A stretch of DNA of 64,000 nt from the human T2T-CHM13v2.0 reference genome, Homo sapiens. The DNA is taken from NCBI RefSeq assembly GCF_009914755.1, contig NC_060940.1; one strand, written 5' to 3'. Positions 42,965-57,230 of the stretch are shown piece after piece; the stretch's first letter is position 1, and each line of letters opens with the position of its first letter. The notes under the pieces are model-generated. The model was not told the DNA's origin. It searched no databases and saw nothing but the letters and a program-made list of their open reading frames with translations. A program made the translations under genes and the position numbers.

Positions 42965-43205
42965 CCAGCATGGTACCCTAAACAGAACATGGACTTTGGG
43001 GTCACAGAACATGAATCCCACTCCTAACTCTGCCTTTTCCAAGCTCTGTGGTCATGAGAAAGCCCCTTCACACTGACATTTCCATGCCATAGGTTCCTCA
43101 TCTGTAAAATAGGGATAATGGTAGCTACTTTGCAGTTAACACACATACAGTGACTAGGACATTAAGGGCACTCAGTGAATGGCAGACACTGTCACTATTA
43201 TTCAA
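42965..43205 (+). mobile_element. MIR
   Basis: ttcctcatctgtaaaatagggataatggtagctac. Confidence 0.8.
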
Positions 43206-43529
43206 CATGGAAATGAAGGATTAGATTCTGGAGTGTGTAAGACATCTTTCCTGCAACCCCCAACGTGACATCACTCGAGATTCTGCACACCGTCTCCACG
43301 TAGGCCCATGAGAAAAAAATAGGAGTCACAACCATTGCATAATATGAGCCAGCCTATAACTTACAAAGTGCACAGAACTCTTGAAGGAATTTCAAAGCCC
43401 ATGGAGCTCAAAGCCCCCTTCCTCTGGCCATTTGGGATTAATGACTAGCCCGAAACACACATATCTCATAGAGAGAAGGTTCGCCAAAAGTCACCAGCAC
43501 ATGACTTAGAAGCCTCCAAAACACTTTGC

Positions 43530-43680
43530 AGTTTGCAAAGCACTTTCACATATATTATGTCATGTGGCCCTCAGTGTACTCCTGAAAGGTAGACAGGACT
43601 CAATTAGTCTCCCCATTTACAGATGAGGAAACTGAGGCTCAGAGAAGCAAAGTTACTCAAATAAGTCACACAGCGGAGTA
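43530..43680 (-). mobile_element. MIR
   Basis: cccatttacagatgaggaaactgaggctcagaga. Confidence 0.85.
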
Positions 43681-43740
43681 CAAGATACAAGCTGTCTTTC
43701 CAATACTGAGATACATGGTCAATGTCTTAAAGCACAAATG

Positions 43741-44080
<340 letters not shown>

Positions 44081-44496
44081 TCAGATCAACAAAAAAGCAC
44101 TAAAGGATACTTGGAGGTGTGGCAAAGTAGGAATTCCATTATAAAGTAATAAAAACTAAATTCCTAGTTCAACTCATAGAAAAACAGTAAACTCCAGATA
44201 CATTAAATAACTAAATATGAAAGGCAAAAAAATTAAAAATGTGGAGGAAAACACAGGAAATAGCTTTATAAATTTTGAGAAAGATTTCTTAAACAAGAGG
44301 TAAAGACAATATCATAAAGGAAAAAATAATACATTTGGAGATTGAGGGTTATGAGGCTGAGTCCCAATAAAGGACTCAATAGTGGCATTTCAGCAGTAAG
44401 CAGAGAAAACATCCAGGAGTGGCTGAATTCCTTCACATCTTCCTAGAATGCAATAATATATTCTGTCAAAGTCTTCAGCCTATCAAGAAACACTTA

Positions 44497-45522
44497 TTAT
44501 CACCAACATCATAACCATCATCATAACCATTACCATAATATATCTTCACCATCATCATCACCATTGTCACCATCATCATCACCATCACTACCACCACCAT
44601 TATCCACCATCATCCATCATCATCACCACCATCACCATCACCACCACCACCACCATCGCCATCACCACCACCATCATCATCCATTATCACCCTCACCATC
44701 ATCATCACCACCATCACCACCACCACAACCATCATCATCCATTATCATCACCCTCGCCATCATTATCACCATCCATTATCATCATCATCATCACCACCAT
44801 CATCATCCATCATCATCATCATAATCACCATCACCATCACCACCATCACCATCACTACCACCACCATTATCCACCATCATCCATCATCATCACCACCATC
44901 ACCATCACCACCACCACCTCATCACCATCACTACCACCACCATTACCATCACCACCACCACCATCACCATCACCACAACCACCATCACCACCACCACCAT
45001 CACCATTACCACCACCATCACCACCACCACCATCATCACCACCACCACCATCACCATCACCACCACCATCACCATCACCACCACCACCACCACCATCACC
45101 ACCACCACCACCACCACCATCACCACCACGACCATCATTATCACCACCACCACTACCACCACCATTACCACCACCATGACCATCATCATCACCACCACTA
45201 CCACCACCATCATCACCATCACCACCACCATCACCACCACCACCATCATCACCATCACCACCACCATCACCACCACCACCATCATCATCACCACCACCAT
45301 CATCACCATCACCACCACCACCATCACCACCACCACCACCATCATCACCACCACCATCACCATCACCACCACCACCATCGTGATCCATTATCATCACCCT
45401 CACCATCATCACTGCCATCATCACCACCTCCAACACCACAACCATCATCACCACCATTATCATCATCACCATCATCATCACCATTATCATCACCCTCACC
45501 ATCATTATCACTATCAGCATCA
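44497..45522. repeat. (CAT/CAC)n trinucleotide-mosaic array at a MIR tail
   Basis: caccat units; an antisense MIR (45535-45740) abuts it. Confidence 0.97.
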
Positions 45523-46056
45523 TATTTCTAGAAATAGTAGCAACTAACATGTACTGAGCACTTACCATGCACATTTAATCTTATGCACTTTGTCTACATT
45601 CACTTATTTATTTCTTACAAAAACCCTCATAGGCATAGGTAGAATCACTGTTCCCATTTGGTAGATGAGAAGCTGAGGCCCACAGAGGTTATAAGATCTA
45701 CCTCTGGTACCACCGCTGGAAAATCGCGGGTTTGACACCAGGACTGGTGCACACCCACACCCTCTGTCCTCTTTAGGTGCTGGCTTATGCCTGTCATGCT
45801 GAGTTATCTGCCAAATGACTTCAGATCTGCCACCTTAAAGTCCACCCTCTTCACATGTGGGCCCAAATACATTCATCTATACATTTCACAAAAGTTCGTT
45901 AAGACCTACTAGATCCTAGGGGTTGTTCAAGACCCCAGAGACCTGGAGTTTGATTTCACATGGCTCATTTAATTGCGTTCTGATGGCAAATACCAGGGGA
46001 AACTTCTTTTAAGTTTAGAAATGCAAATATGTATTCAATATTTTCTAAGAGGTCCA

Positions 46057-46564
46057 TCATATAAGCATCAATGTGAGGACATTGAGCCTAATGGAAAGTG
46101 AAAGATCCATGCTGGAGAAGGTGGGAGTACATAAACCCCATCCCCACCCCAGGTTTGCTGGAGAAAACTGTTTTTGCAGGTGGAAAATGACTGCATTTCA
46201 ATCAGGATCAAATTCCAAGGGCTTTGCCAGTGCCCACAAGTGCCCACATGGTGTAGAGCTCTGGCTTGGCCAACTTCCTACTCAATAACCTATTTCTACA
46301 GGTCTTTGGATATTAAAAAATATATAATACAAGATAAACTCAGCAGAAACCCAAATGAATGGATTCGTTCCCATTTTAATGTCGTTTGAGGGTGTTTTAT
46401 AGCCTGCACTGTGTATCTTTCACACATCTATTTTTAAATACTGCAAACTTAATGACCACGATAAAATATATAAAACCCTTTATGAAATTCCATCTACAAA
46501 ATTACAGCAAAAGCTAGGAGGTAAAAATGTGCAGTCGTTGCTGTTAGACACTGATGGAGGGAGC
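46057..46564 (-). pseudogene. GPCR pseudo-exon C: ECL2 Cys, TM5, TM6, TM7, helix 8, C-tail
   Basis: Acceptor ctgacttagtacatttcag| at 46565/46564. Reads GSLHQCLTATTAHFYLLAFAVIL, then GFIYFIVVIKFA/YLKI. From Y5.58 (46440) one frame with three TGA stops runs through F6.44 (46338) and NAVIFHLQKQF (from 46197) to TGA at 46059-46057. Confidence 0.78.
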
Positions 46565-46794
46565 CTGAAATGTACTAAGTCAGTCCTGTTTTGAACAAGC
46601 TGCATGAGTTAATATCTCGGTCTTCTTCCTTATGGTTGCCCCAGTTGTAAACCCATCTTCTTCATGAAATGCAGGAACTTACAAATGATCAGATACCATT
46701 GAGTGAAAGTCAATCCACAAAAATTCCAAGGACCGGCTCATGCTCTTAAAACCACACTTCTGTAAGAAAGCCCTTAGGCTACCTTTAAAAAAAC

Positions 46795-47035
46795 CAGCTA
46801 ACACCTAATGCAAGCCAGGTACTGTTCTAACTGATTTATATACAGTAACTCATTTAAGACTCAGCACAGATCTGTTAGGCGGGTGCTGTCATTGTCATTC
46901 AATGTCAGATGTGGCCACTGAGGCCCAGAGAGGTTAAGCAAGTTGCCCAAAGACACACAGCAATAGGTGGCAGAGCCAGACTTTGAACCCCAGCCAACTA
47001 TCTCTGCACTCTGCTGTTAACCATTATGCTCTCCT
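46795..47035 (-). mobile_element. MIR in GPCR intron
   Basis: gccaggtactgttctaa...actgaggcccagagaggttaagcaagttgcccaa. Confidence 0.85.
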
Positions 47036-48009
47036 GCCTCTTGGGAATGCCTCTGTTATAATAGCAAGGCTGTACTGGACTGTAGGGACTTTGTTACCAG
47101 ACATAGAGACAACATTATGGCCCCAGTTTCCCCATTAGAATACAATTCCCTCCCTCCCGATGAAGCAGGCAGTGATTCCATCCAATAATTGTGCTACAAC
47201 CAGCCCATAGAGAACTTTGGTGTGAATTCAAGAAAGATTTTCCTTCTTCAATCTGTCAGAAAAATGGCCACAACATACTTTTTGTTGGAACAGGTCATTT
47301 GACTACCATCTGCCAGAAAAGTGTCATAATAAGCATTTCTATCTATATCTGTGATGAGAATGGAGCCCTTGGGGTTGTGCAGTGCGCAACCTGAATAATT
47401 ATACATAATGGCCCTACCTTCCATCCTCAGCCAAGTCAAAACACATGCAGTTTGGACAGTGTTTGTGCAAAACTAGATGACAAAATGACAGTTGAGCAAG
47501 GGGCTAAGAGTGTGGTCCCTGGAGTCACACCTCCTATAGTCACTGTCAGGATTCAGCAGGGTAACACAATTCAGTGTTTCTAGAAAGTGCTCGGCAAATG
47601 TCAGTTATTGCTCTCATCAGTCCATTCAAACACCCTCTTCCTCTTTCTCCCCCTCAGTGCCACCAGGCAGCATTAGAGAGGATGGACATATTAGAGAGGC
47701 TGGACATTTCTTTCCCAGGGGAGGGGGAGGATGTCTCAACCCAGCTCATCAGTTCCTAAAAGACCCTGCTCTCCGCAGAGGTTCCCATTCAAGTTTTCTT
47801 ACTCATTTTATTAAAACTTCATTCAAATGTCACATCCCCTCTGCCCATTCAGGGGAATGCTGGGTTACTGGTGCATAAGATGACTTGACATCTGCACTTT
47901 GTAACTTTTACACATGTATTTTTAAATACTGCAAACATAATGACCATGATAGAATATATAAAACCCTTTATGAAACCCTTTGACATTTTCCTCCCTATAT
48001 ACAGTTGGG

Positions 48010-48192
48010 CATATACATGATCCCACTGATCTTCCAGGCAACCCGCTGTCCTAGGTGCTCTTGTGCCCACTGCACAGATAAGAAATCTGAGGCTCAGACT
48101 GGTAAGAAGCCTTGCCCAAAGTCACACATCCTTTAAGAAGCAGAGCTGATAATTCCAACTCTGATGTGTCTGAACTTCACAGCAATCGTTCC
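48010..48192 (-). mobile_element. MIR
   Basis: cagataagaaatctgaggctcaga...ttgcccaaagtcacaca. Confidence 0.8.
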
Positions 48193-48196
48193 TAAC

Positions 48197-48334
48197 CAAA
48201 GTGGGTAATTTAGCCAAAATAAAACCATTTTGTAAACTTCATAGGTAAAGCTGACAGCAGCCAAGTCATAGTCCCTGAAACATGCAGCAGATGAAGACAG
48301 CGGCCCTCGTTGGACAAAAACCACATCTGCTTCC
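48197..48334 (-). pseudogene. GPCR pseudo-exon B: probable TM4 and start of ECL2 (boundaries and frame uncertain)
   Basis: Acceptor tttgtcatttcttttaaag| at 48335/48334, with an alternative in-frame acceptor catgtttcag| further in. Reads ...TMTWLLSALPMKFTKWFYFG*ITHF. A phase-1 donor TTTG|GTTAGG at 48197 is compatible with exon C. Confidence 0.5.
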
Positions 48335-48554
48335 CTTTAAAAGAAATGACAAACAGAATAGCTGCTCACCATTCACAGCAACAGAGTCTAGAACTTAAGA
48401 TGCTCCAAGCATCTTAACACCTTCTCAACTCAACGCACCAACGGAAGGGTCACCATGTATAAAGAAAAACGTGTTCTTCCATTTAATGTTTTCCCTTTCA
48501 GTAGGACCCCATCACCCTTTTTTAAGTAACAGCTTTATTAAGATATAATCTACA

Positions 48555-48740
48555 CCATGCTAGGCATGTTTGTGGCTATTATCTCATTTAATCCATATCA
48601 TCATTCCATTGCACTAATTTGAAAACCAAAGCTCAGAGAAGTAAACGTTCTCAGAGCCACACAGTTGCTCCATGGTAGAGGCAGGATTTGAACCTGGATC
48701 GCCCCAAGTCCAATCCCAAAGATACTTCCACTACTCCATG
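48555..48740 (-). mobile_element. MIR
   Basis: tatctcatttaatcc...gctcagagaagtaaa...ggatttgaacctgg. Confidence 0.75.
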
Positions 48741-49400
48741 TTTCTCGTGCAGTAGATGGCAGCTGCCCTTTATCATTTTATTATGGTATGTTTTAGAGAC
48801 AGCAAGGGCCTGTACTTTTGTTTGGCTTACAGAAACTCAAATGCATGCAATGTATCACTTCACCCATGCATATCCCTGGGTTGAAAATATGCCCACATCT
48901 ATGGAACACCTAAGAACAAGCATTACACAAATAAACCGTTTCCCTAAATTTCCCTGTGATTCTTGGAGCTACTGAGACAACACTCCAATATTTCTGTAAT
49001 TTTTAAGCCCACAAAGGAAAGTTAGTGTATAACAAAGGCCTTGGTGGCTTTCAGCTGCATCCTAAGCCTCCTCTCGTTAAATTTCTTAATAGACTGGCCT
49101 CATATCAGAGCCCAGGAGGAGATGGTCCACCTAGGAATAGGGGTTCTAATAGTTAACTCTGAAACTGGAAGCAAGCCAGTGACAAGGAGTTGAAACTAAA
49201 GAAGACAGGAGACCTCCGTAAATGTCCTTCCAGCATAGACCTGAGGTTCTGAGCAACTGTGGGTAACGCACAAACCATTATTAAAACCAATAAAATACCA
49301 TTATTTTACAAAAAATTAAATTCAATGCCTTGAAGCCAATTATTTATTCTATAATAAATTAAAGCTAATAACATACTATTAAAACCAAAAAAATCCTTAC

Positions 49401-50219
<819 letters not shown>

Positions 50220-51419
50220 TCTCTCAGGCCTCCGACAATTTCCAAACAGGACACAAAGATGAGCAGTCTTTAAAGAATGTTTCACGTTCATACAAAAAGG
50301 CAGACTTTCCCATCTGCCTGGAGGTTGCTTTTGGGCCACAGCCATGGGAATCGCAGAGTGCATTTGGACATTCCGATGAGCTGCCCTGACAGACCGGCTT
50401 CGCCCCAGTGAGGGAGGAGTGCCAGAGTCGCTTTGCAGAGGCCGCAGCCCCCCAAGTAGCTCTGCTCCCGTCTCGGCCACCCCCAGGGCCTCCTGCTCTG
50501 CCTGGAGGTGGTGCGGCCTGAAAGGCCCACATCTGCTGCCCTGGCCCCGGAGATGTGTGTTCCCCACTGCCAAGGCCTGTGGTGCCAGCCCCACGTTGCA
50601 AGCCGGATTGTGGTGGTCTGCCTGTGTTTGTTGAAATTGGGCTGGGAGAAAGGGCCTCGCCGTCAAGATTCCCTGGAATGTGCACCCGAGTGCTAAGGAG
50701 ACGGCTCAGTCAGCAAGCTCAGGAAATGGGGCCGAAGGCTGGGCCGGGGCCCAGATCTGGGCCATCGCGCAGGCTGCCTGGAACAGGCCGTCAGGGAGGG
50801 AGAGCCAAGGGACCGCCAGGACAGAGGTTGTTTTTGTGTTGATATCGTCCTACTCTCAGTTTGCAGCTTGGGGCTTTCATTACCTTGACCAAGTAGAAAA
50901 TCAAGTCAAAAGAGCTGATTTTCCTATTTGACACCTAGGGCTTTTTCCAAAAGGAAAACTGAATGGTGCAGAATTTCTGGAGGCTGGTAGCATATTCTCT
51001 TTTGTTCCCAAAGTGCAATGTCTAAACCCCTGTCTTAAAATAACAATAGCAACATGAGTAGGAATGAAAGACGTTCCATTACTTGAGCAGCTACTATACA
51101 GAGAGACCGCCCTGCAGGTGATATTCAAAATACTCAATAACCACACGCAGTAGCAGATCAGAACTTACTGGAACTGGTCTCAGCAGCCCTCTCCCCGGCT
51201 ATGCCAGGCGTTACCCCCTTAATTGCTGGATTATGAGGACATCTGGAGGGGAGACACTGGGGAATGGCTGCTGCAAAAGGAAGGCCCAGGACCTCAGGGC
51301 AGAGGTTATTTTCAAACAAGTGTGGTAAAATCCAATCTTTTCGCCACAGTCATGGTAAGATGCCTTGCATCTGAGTGTCTGCCCCAGGGTAAAGCACCTG
51401 GGCAAGATGATCGCCAAAC

Positions 51420-51865
51420 ACCCCAAATGACTCCACCCACCCTGTACACAGGAGCCCCTGGCCACCCATCGAAAGTTGAGATTGCACCCCTGCCCTTGAC
51501 CCTGGGCTGGGCCTGCTTGGCCAATGGAACGCAGAGGAAGCGACCTTTGGGTCTTCCACGGCAGGTATTAAAAGGACCTGGCAGTGTCGCTTCCTCTCTC
51601 GGAGAGTCAGGCAAGAAATCCAGGTCATGCCATTGGAGGGAACAGCCACATGGATTATCCCTAGAGAGAGAGGCCACTCCTGCCACAGCCACAGCCACCA
51701 CCTCACGGCAATCTCATGAGAGACCCCAAGACAGACAGTGGGAGAACCACCAGCCAAGCCCCACTGGCTCACAGAATCACGAGACACAATTCAAGGTTGT
51801 TGTTATAAGCCTTTGTGTTTTGGGATGGCTTGTCGCCCAGCACAGAGGGCCAGACAGCACCTGAC
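51420..51865 (+). mobile_element. MLT1-family LTR
   Basis: cccttgaccctgggctgg...ttggccaatggaa...gttgttgttataagcctttgtgttttggg. Confidence 0.75.
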
Positions 51866-53254
51866 ATACGTCCCCTTCTTTACCATCACATCTGTGAGGT
51901 GGACATCATGATACCCATTTTACAGACTCCAAATAATGATGTTGTCCAAAACCACACTAAATACTCGAGACCAGCCTAACCAGTACCGTGGACCCCTAAA
52001 ACATCCTAATTTACAGACAAACCCACAAGTTCCCTCGGACCCTCACTGTCAGACCCTCCACTCTTTATCAGATCTTCAGAAAGCACCAGCTGTGTCTCAG
52101 GATTTCTGCGTGTGGTCTTGTCAACCTTCTTCTGCCCATTAGGGCTTCTTGGACCCATGTGAGCTGGCCCCGAATTGTCAGAAGAACTGAGGAACCCACT
52201 GCTGTCGCCCACTGTAGCCTCCGCTATCAATGCCTCCAGCCCTTGGGGAGCGTCACTCTACTCACCCCCTGGGCCTCCTCCCAGCAAAGCTCTTCCTGCC
52301 CCCACCGTGCGCCAATTCTGGGCACATTCAGCTCCTGGGAGGCTTCTCAAGATGACATTGCCATTCCCGGACCTCCACCCAGCCCAAGTGGAAGAGCAGC
52401 CATGCAGTCAGCCGAGCCCATTCTTCACGCCTTACAGATGCACTCCACACTCTGCAGGCTTCCTCTGAGAAACCAAGGCATTGTATAATACAGGAGCTTT
52501 ATTCCTGTCGGTGCTAATGGAATTGGGGTGGGGGAAATGCTCATTTTTTTCTGCTGCGAAGTACTTTTCCATATTTCTCTGTCTTTGTTATGAAATCTCC
52601 CCAGTGATATTAGCTAATTATTCAAAATAAAATTTCCCACTCCAGCTGAATTCCTCCCACCAGAGGGTCAAGTGTTTTTATTCCTGCTGTGCAGTGGTTA
52701 GTCACTGGCCCAGCTCTCCCCTCGGCCCTCATCAGGGTGATGGATGCCCAGCGTGAACAATGACAGGCAGGAGAGAAGGAGGGGAGCGTGCACGCCCCCA
52801 TCCATCCTGTTTCTGCTGGCTCCATTCCCCTGCCTCCCTGTCCTTGCCCTTCAAGACTCTGCTCAGCTTCCCCTTCTTCCAGGAAGCCCTCAGGGAGCTC
52901 TCTCCCATCTCCATCCAATGAAGATACCTTAAGATACCGCTCATATAGCCCTAACCTCCTGTCTCTAATCTAATCTTTCTAAGTTTTGTTTTCTCAGCTA
53001 TTTCCTAAGCTCCAAAATCCCATACCTCATGTTTTTCTTGTAGACAGTATCAGCGTCATCACAATTCAGCGGCTGCCCTGTGTTCAGACACTCGGCCCTG
53101 TGCTTCATGTGGGTTGCCTCATTTCATAATAGATACAACGATGTCCCCAGTCTGCAGAAGATGAGGCTCCAAAAAGGTGAGCCACAAGGTGTAGCTGGGT
53201 TGTGAGCTCAGGTAGCCCAAGTTCAGAGCCTGTGTCACTAACTATATTAGTAAT

Positions 53255-54295
53255 TAACCTATGGCCTTTATTGAGCATCACAAATCAGAAGGAGAAAAAG
53301 TGAAAGAGCACATTTTATTGCAAATGGGCAATAAAGAAAAAGATAATGGTTTGGTGGTAATACTGAACACTGGACAAGATATACAAAGACAGGCCCTCTA
53401 CTGCATTGCTTGTGGTGGTCACCACTTATACAAACATCCTAGTATTTGCTTGGATGGCATAGTACAGGTATCCTAAAATTAGCCCAAAGGTTTTACTCAA
53501 TAATTCCTGCTGCGGAATAGCCCCTAAGGAAACGAGCACAATGTGGATAAAGATTTATACACAAGGCTGTTCTTGCAGCATGACTTCCAATAGCAAATAC
53601 TTGGAAACAATCTCAATGAACAGCAATACGTATGACATGTGGAAATCTGGCTGGCGTTTACTTTCTTCTTTCCTTTTCTGTACTTTCCAAATTCCTTCAA
53701 AATGCATGTACTTCTTACATGATCGGAGGAAAACTCAACCACATTTTTAAGGCTGGGCAGGGACATAGCCCACTTCATTAGCATCAGAGAGGACAATTTT
53801 ATGAAGGACATTCTGGCAGCACATGTTCCAACAGAACAATTCTCCTTCTAAGACCACATTTGACACAAATCCTCACAAAAATGCACCAAGGTATATGTGC
53901 AAGGACATTCACTGAAGCACGACTTGTAATAGCAAAAGGCTCAAATCAATCTAAAAGTTTACCCAAAGGGAATGGTGAAATAAATCATGGTACATCCATA
54001 CAAAGGCATACGGTGAAGTTAAAAAGAAAGAAATGCAGCTAGAACATGAAGGATTGGCCATGACATTGCTCAGAGAAAAAGCCACATTGCAGATCCATGT
54101 GTGTAGTATAATCCTATTTGTGTAAAAAAAGTATAAAGGTATGTGATTGTTTATACAGACATTAGAAAGTCTAGAAGGATTTACATCAAACTCTTAGACA
54201 GTGGTTACCTGAAAGGGAAACTAACTGGAAGAATTAGACACTTTAATGTTTTACTTTGCTTTTATATTGTTTGAATCATTTCCAAGAGCGGTACT
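53255..54295 (+). mobile_element. Old L1ME fragments
   Basis: gtatatgtgcaaggacattcactgaagcac...aaataaatcatggtacatccatac. Confidence 0.65.
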
Positions 54296-54664
54296 GCTTT
54301 AGGCAAGTAAACAAGTCCTTTATTTACTTTTTCTTATGGAAAAATTCAAATACATGCAACCATACAAACAGCAATGTAACAAACCCCAGTGTGCCTCTCC
54401 CCAGCTTCCAGCCTTGCCAGTGATCAACTCCTGTCCAATCCTGTTTCACCCCTACGCTATCCACCCAGATTACGGTGCCACTGTCACACTCAAACATAAC
54501 AGTAGTTTCTTAATGCTATCAAGTTTCTAGGCAGTGTTCTAATTTCCAGTCCCTCGTAACATTATGAATTATTTTTAACAGTTCAAATCAGAATCCAAAT
54601 AAAGGCCCCAAGTTATAATAGCTTGATATGACTTTTAAGTCTTTTTCTTACATGGATTATTCAT

Positions 54665-54808
54665 TCTCTCTCTCTCTGTGAGTTTGTGTGTGTGTGTGTG
54701 CATGTATCTGTGTGTGTGTATATATATATGTGTGTATATATATACGTGTATATATGTGTGTGTATATATATGTGTGTGTATATATATGTATATATATGTG
54801 TGTATATA

Positions 54809-54843
<35 letters not shown>

Positions 54844-54858
54844 TTGGAGAGAGAGAGA
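54665..54858. repeat. Compound (TC)(TG)(TA)(GA) microsatellite, probably inside an old antisense L1ME (~54325-55140)
   Basis: Direct inspection. Confidence 0.9.
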
Positions 54859-55519
54859 AGTGTTAAAGAAACCAGGACATTTGTCCAACAGGGTCTCCCC
54901 ATAGTCTAAGTGCAGCTGGCTGCATCATCATAGTGTCATTTAACTTGTGCTTCTGTCCTTCATGTTTCCTGAAAATTGGTGGTTGGATCAGGAGGCCCAG
55001 TTAGGTTCAGGGCTGAGGTTTTGGGCAAGGTTGCTTCATGAGCCATGGTGTGCTTTGCCATCAAGAGTCTCTGGTCTCTTGTGTCGTGATGCTAGCAGTG
55101 TTGATGCTCCATGCTAAGCCACTGGTTTATTCTGGAGATGTGTTAAACATCACTCCCATGCACTGTTCAGCATGAAACCAGGGTCTCTTCACTGAGCAAA
55201 GGCTGACACAGCAGGTGCATGTGGTGCTGTAATCACCTTGGTGGCCACTCTTATCAACTTGAGGTCTTTGCTCTTAAGTCCCTTCAGCTTGATCAGACAG
55301 CCCCCAAGAGTGTGGGGTGGCACATACACAACATCGTCAGTGTGCCTCTTGCTAATCACTCGACCTGTCTGAGCCTCCATAACACAGAACAACACCCTCT
55401 CCTTGCACTTACCCTATGAAAGTGCTTTGGAAACTGAAGGCTGAAGCACAGTGGGGAAGTGTGGAAGGAAGGTCTTATTTACACAGGTGTTTCACTCCTC
55501 ACACTGAGGCAACCCAGTT

Positions 55520-55750
55520 GAATGGATAAGCTTGCAGACCCTCAAGCAAAATGGGAGACCACCTGGGCTCTAATGGGGACTTCCTCGCTTTTTGGTTGTA
55601 TAACCCAGGGCAAGTTATTCACCCTCTCTGTGCCTCAGTTTCCCTGCTGTTAAATGGCAATAACAAGATCAGCGACGTCACAGAGGGGTAGCAAGAATTG
55701 GATTAGGTAATGTGCATAAATTGCTTAGGACAAGACCAGCACATCACGCG
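55520..55750 (+). mobile_element. MIR
   Basis: gggcaagttattcaccctctctgtgcctcagtttcc. Confidence 0.85.
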
Positions 55751-55849
55751 CTGGCTTCCATTACATGACCTTTGACGGTTTCACCTACAAATGAATCCCA
55801 GTGAGCACAAGAAGGACTAGCAACCATGCAACTTCTTGCATGGTGATTT

Positions 55850-56000
55850 AAGAAGTGCTTTGTTCTGGAATCAGCCATCATGGTGGTCCTGCTTCCTAGC
55901 TTTGCTGCCTTAGACAAGTTACTTCACCTCTCCCAGCCTCAGCTTTTGCATGGGTAAAGTGACTAAGCCTCAGGGAGATACTGCAAAAACTGAACAACCT
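55850..56000 (+). mobile_element. MIR
   Basis: ccttagacaagttacttcacctctcccagcctcag. Confidence 0.75.
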
Positions 56001-56124
56001 AAAGTATGTTATGCTAACAGCTAACATTTACGGGAGGAGGAGCACTTTGCTCCACTCTGTTCTGTGCTTCCTCTGTTACCCCACCTAAGGTTGCCAGCAC
56101 TATGCCAAGGAGGCAGGACTCTAC

Positions 56125-56446
56125 CCACTCCACAAACCTTTATCTGCAAACTCTGGGGCCAGACGTGTTTCAGAGTTTAGAGTGTGGGGACTTTAGAAGT
56201 CAATAAGGTACACCTTAACACCTCACCAGAGCCTGGAGAAGCACCTGTAATCAAGCGCATTAATAGTTCTTCAGGAAGACATATGAACATCCCTCACTAA
56301 TTGGGATAAACAAAGATCTAAATAGATTCATATCAGCTCAGGTCAAGTTTTGCCACCGAATTAGTTTGAGACAAACCTACAACAACTGTTTTCCTGTACT
56401 GATCTTTTGAGATTTGGGCCCTGCAGATGAAAGCATGTGGACCAGC
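56125..56446. mobile_element. MER46C-like TcMar-Tigger MITE
   Basis: Degenerate TIRs tccacaaacctttatctgca ... tgcagatgaaagcatgtgga. Confidence 0.65.
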
Positions 56447-56769
56447 AGTGTAAGCATCAGAGAGACCACACATGGGGTGCAGGGGGCAACAGGGTGACTC
56501 ACCCCATCAGGACCTGTTGACATCTGGGCTTTCTCACAAATGAGAATCCTGGGACCCCAGGCTGGGATAATCCTTTGGACTGTGGGCACGGCTGGGCAGT
56601 AATGGAGTTCAGGAAGGCTGAGGCAAGGATGGGGACACGTTTACCACCCTTGGCCCCTTCATCCATGCCCTCATTGTCAGCTGGAGGTGCTGTGGGCTCC
56701 AGGAACCCTGAAGCTCCCTGGGGTCCAGGGAGGAGCAAGACTATGTTAGGGACATGCAGTGGCCTCTCC

Positions 56770-57230
56770 TGTCTTGTCACCCAGCATCTAGGCATGACCC
56801 CACCTCTTGATATAAACCACTTCTCTCTCCCTTCTCCAAGTCCGTTTTCTTGTAGGGGCCGCCATATTCGCCTGTGACTCTGCCTCCATGGATCACAGTT
56901 GATTGGTCCAGTGGACACATGACCCACATGATCCACTCAGAGTCTTCCTCTGAGATTTTTCACAGGGTTGGGAGCAGGAGCCGTCCCTCCCATGCAAGGC
57001 CAGCAGAAGCCGGCAGATGCGTGGTTCCGGTGCAGTCACTTCTGCCCCCATGTGGAAGAAGCTGTTTTGGAGACAGAACTGAGTTGGCGAGCAGAGAGAA
57101 ATGGGTGTGAGAGAGACAGAGGTTTTTCATGCTCTCTAGTTGAACTGTCACAGAGACCCAGGTCCACTCCTGCCCTCTCCGCGGTCTGGAGTTCTATCAA
57201 GCTGGAGTGGAAATAGGGTGTGAGGGAAGA
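56770..57230. mobile_element. Ancient ERVL/MaLR-type LTR
   Basis: tgattggtccagtggacacatgaccca...agagtcttcctctgagattttt. Confidence 0.5.

Noticed and set aside
46302-46520. Plus-strand exon-like segment (ttctacag|...GAG|gtaaaa)
   Set aside because: It has stops in the frames examined, and the minus strand explains the sequence as TM5-TM6.
47150-47390. Possible extra GPCR exon (GCALHNPKGSILITD...) after an AG acceptor; also 46683-46759 with a GTAAGT donor
   Set aside because: No GPCR motif, and exons B and C already join in phase to give a normal-length ECL2. Unsupported without cross-species alignment.
48395-48417. Perfect 10-bp hairpin TTAAGATGCT-cca-AGCATCTTAA (similar short ones at ~22218 and ~55823)
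   Set aside because: Short isolated inverted repeats arise readily by chance or local templating; no supporting context.
50884-50960. KISSFDLIFYLVK followed by a GT donor as an alternative TM2 exon
   Set aside because: ELCPTDL at ~49920-49903 fits the TM2 motif and its spacing to TM1 and TM3 much better.
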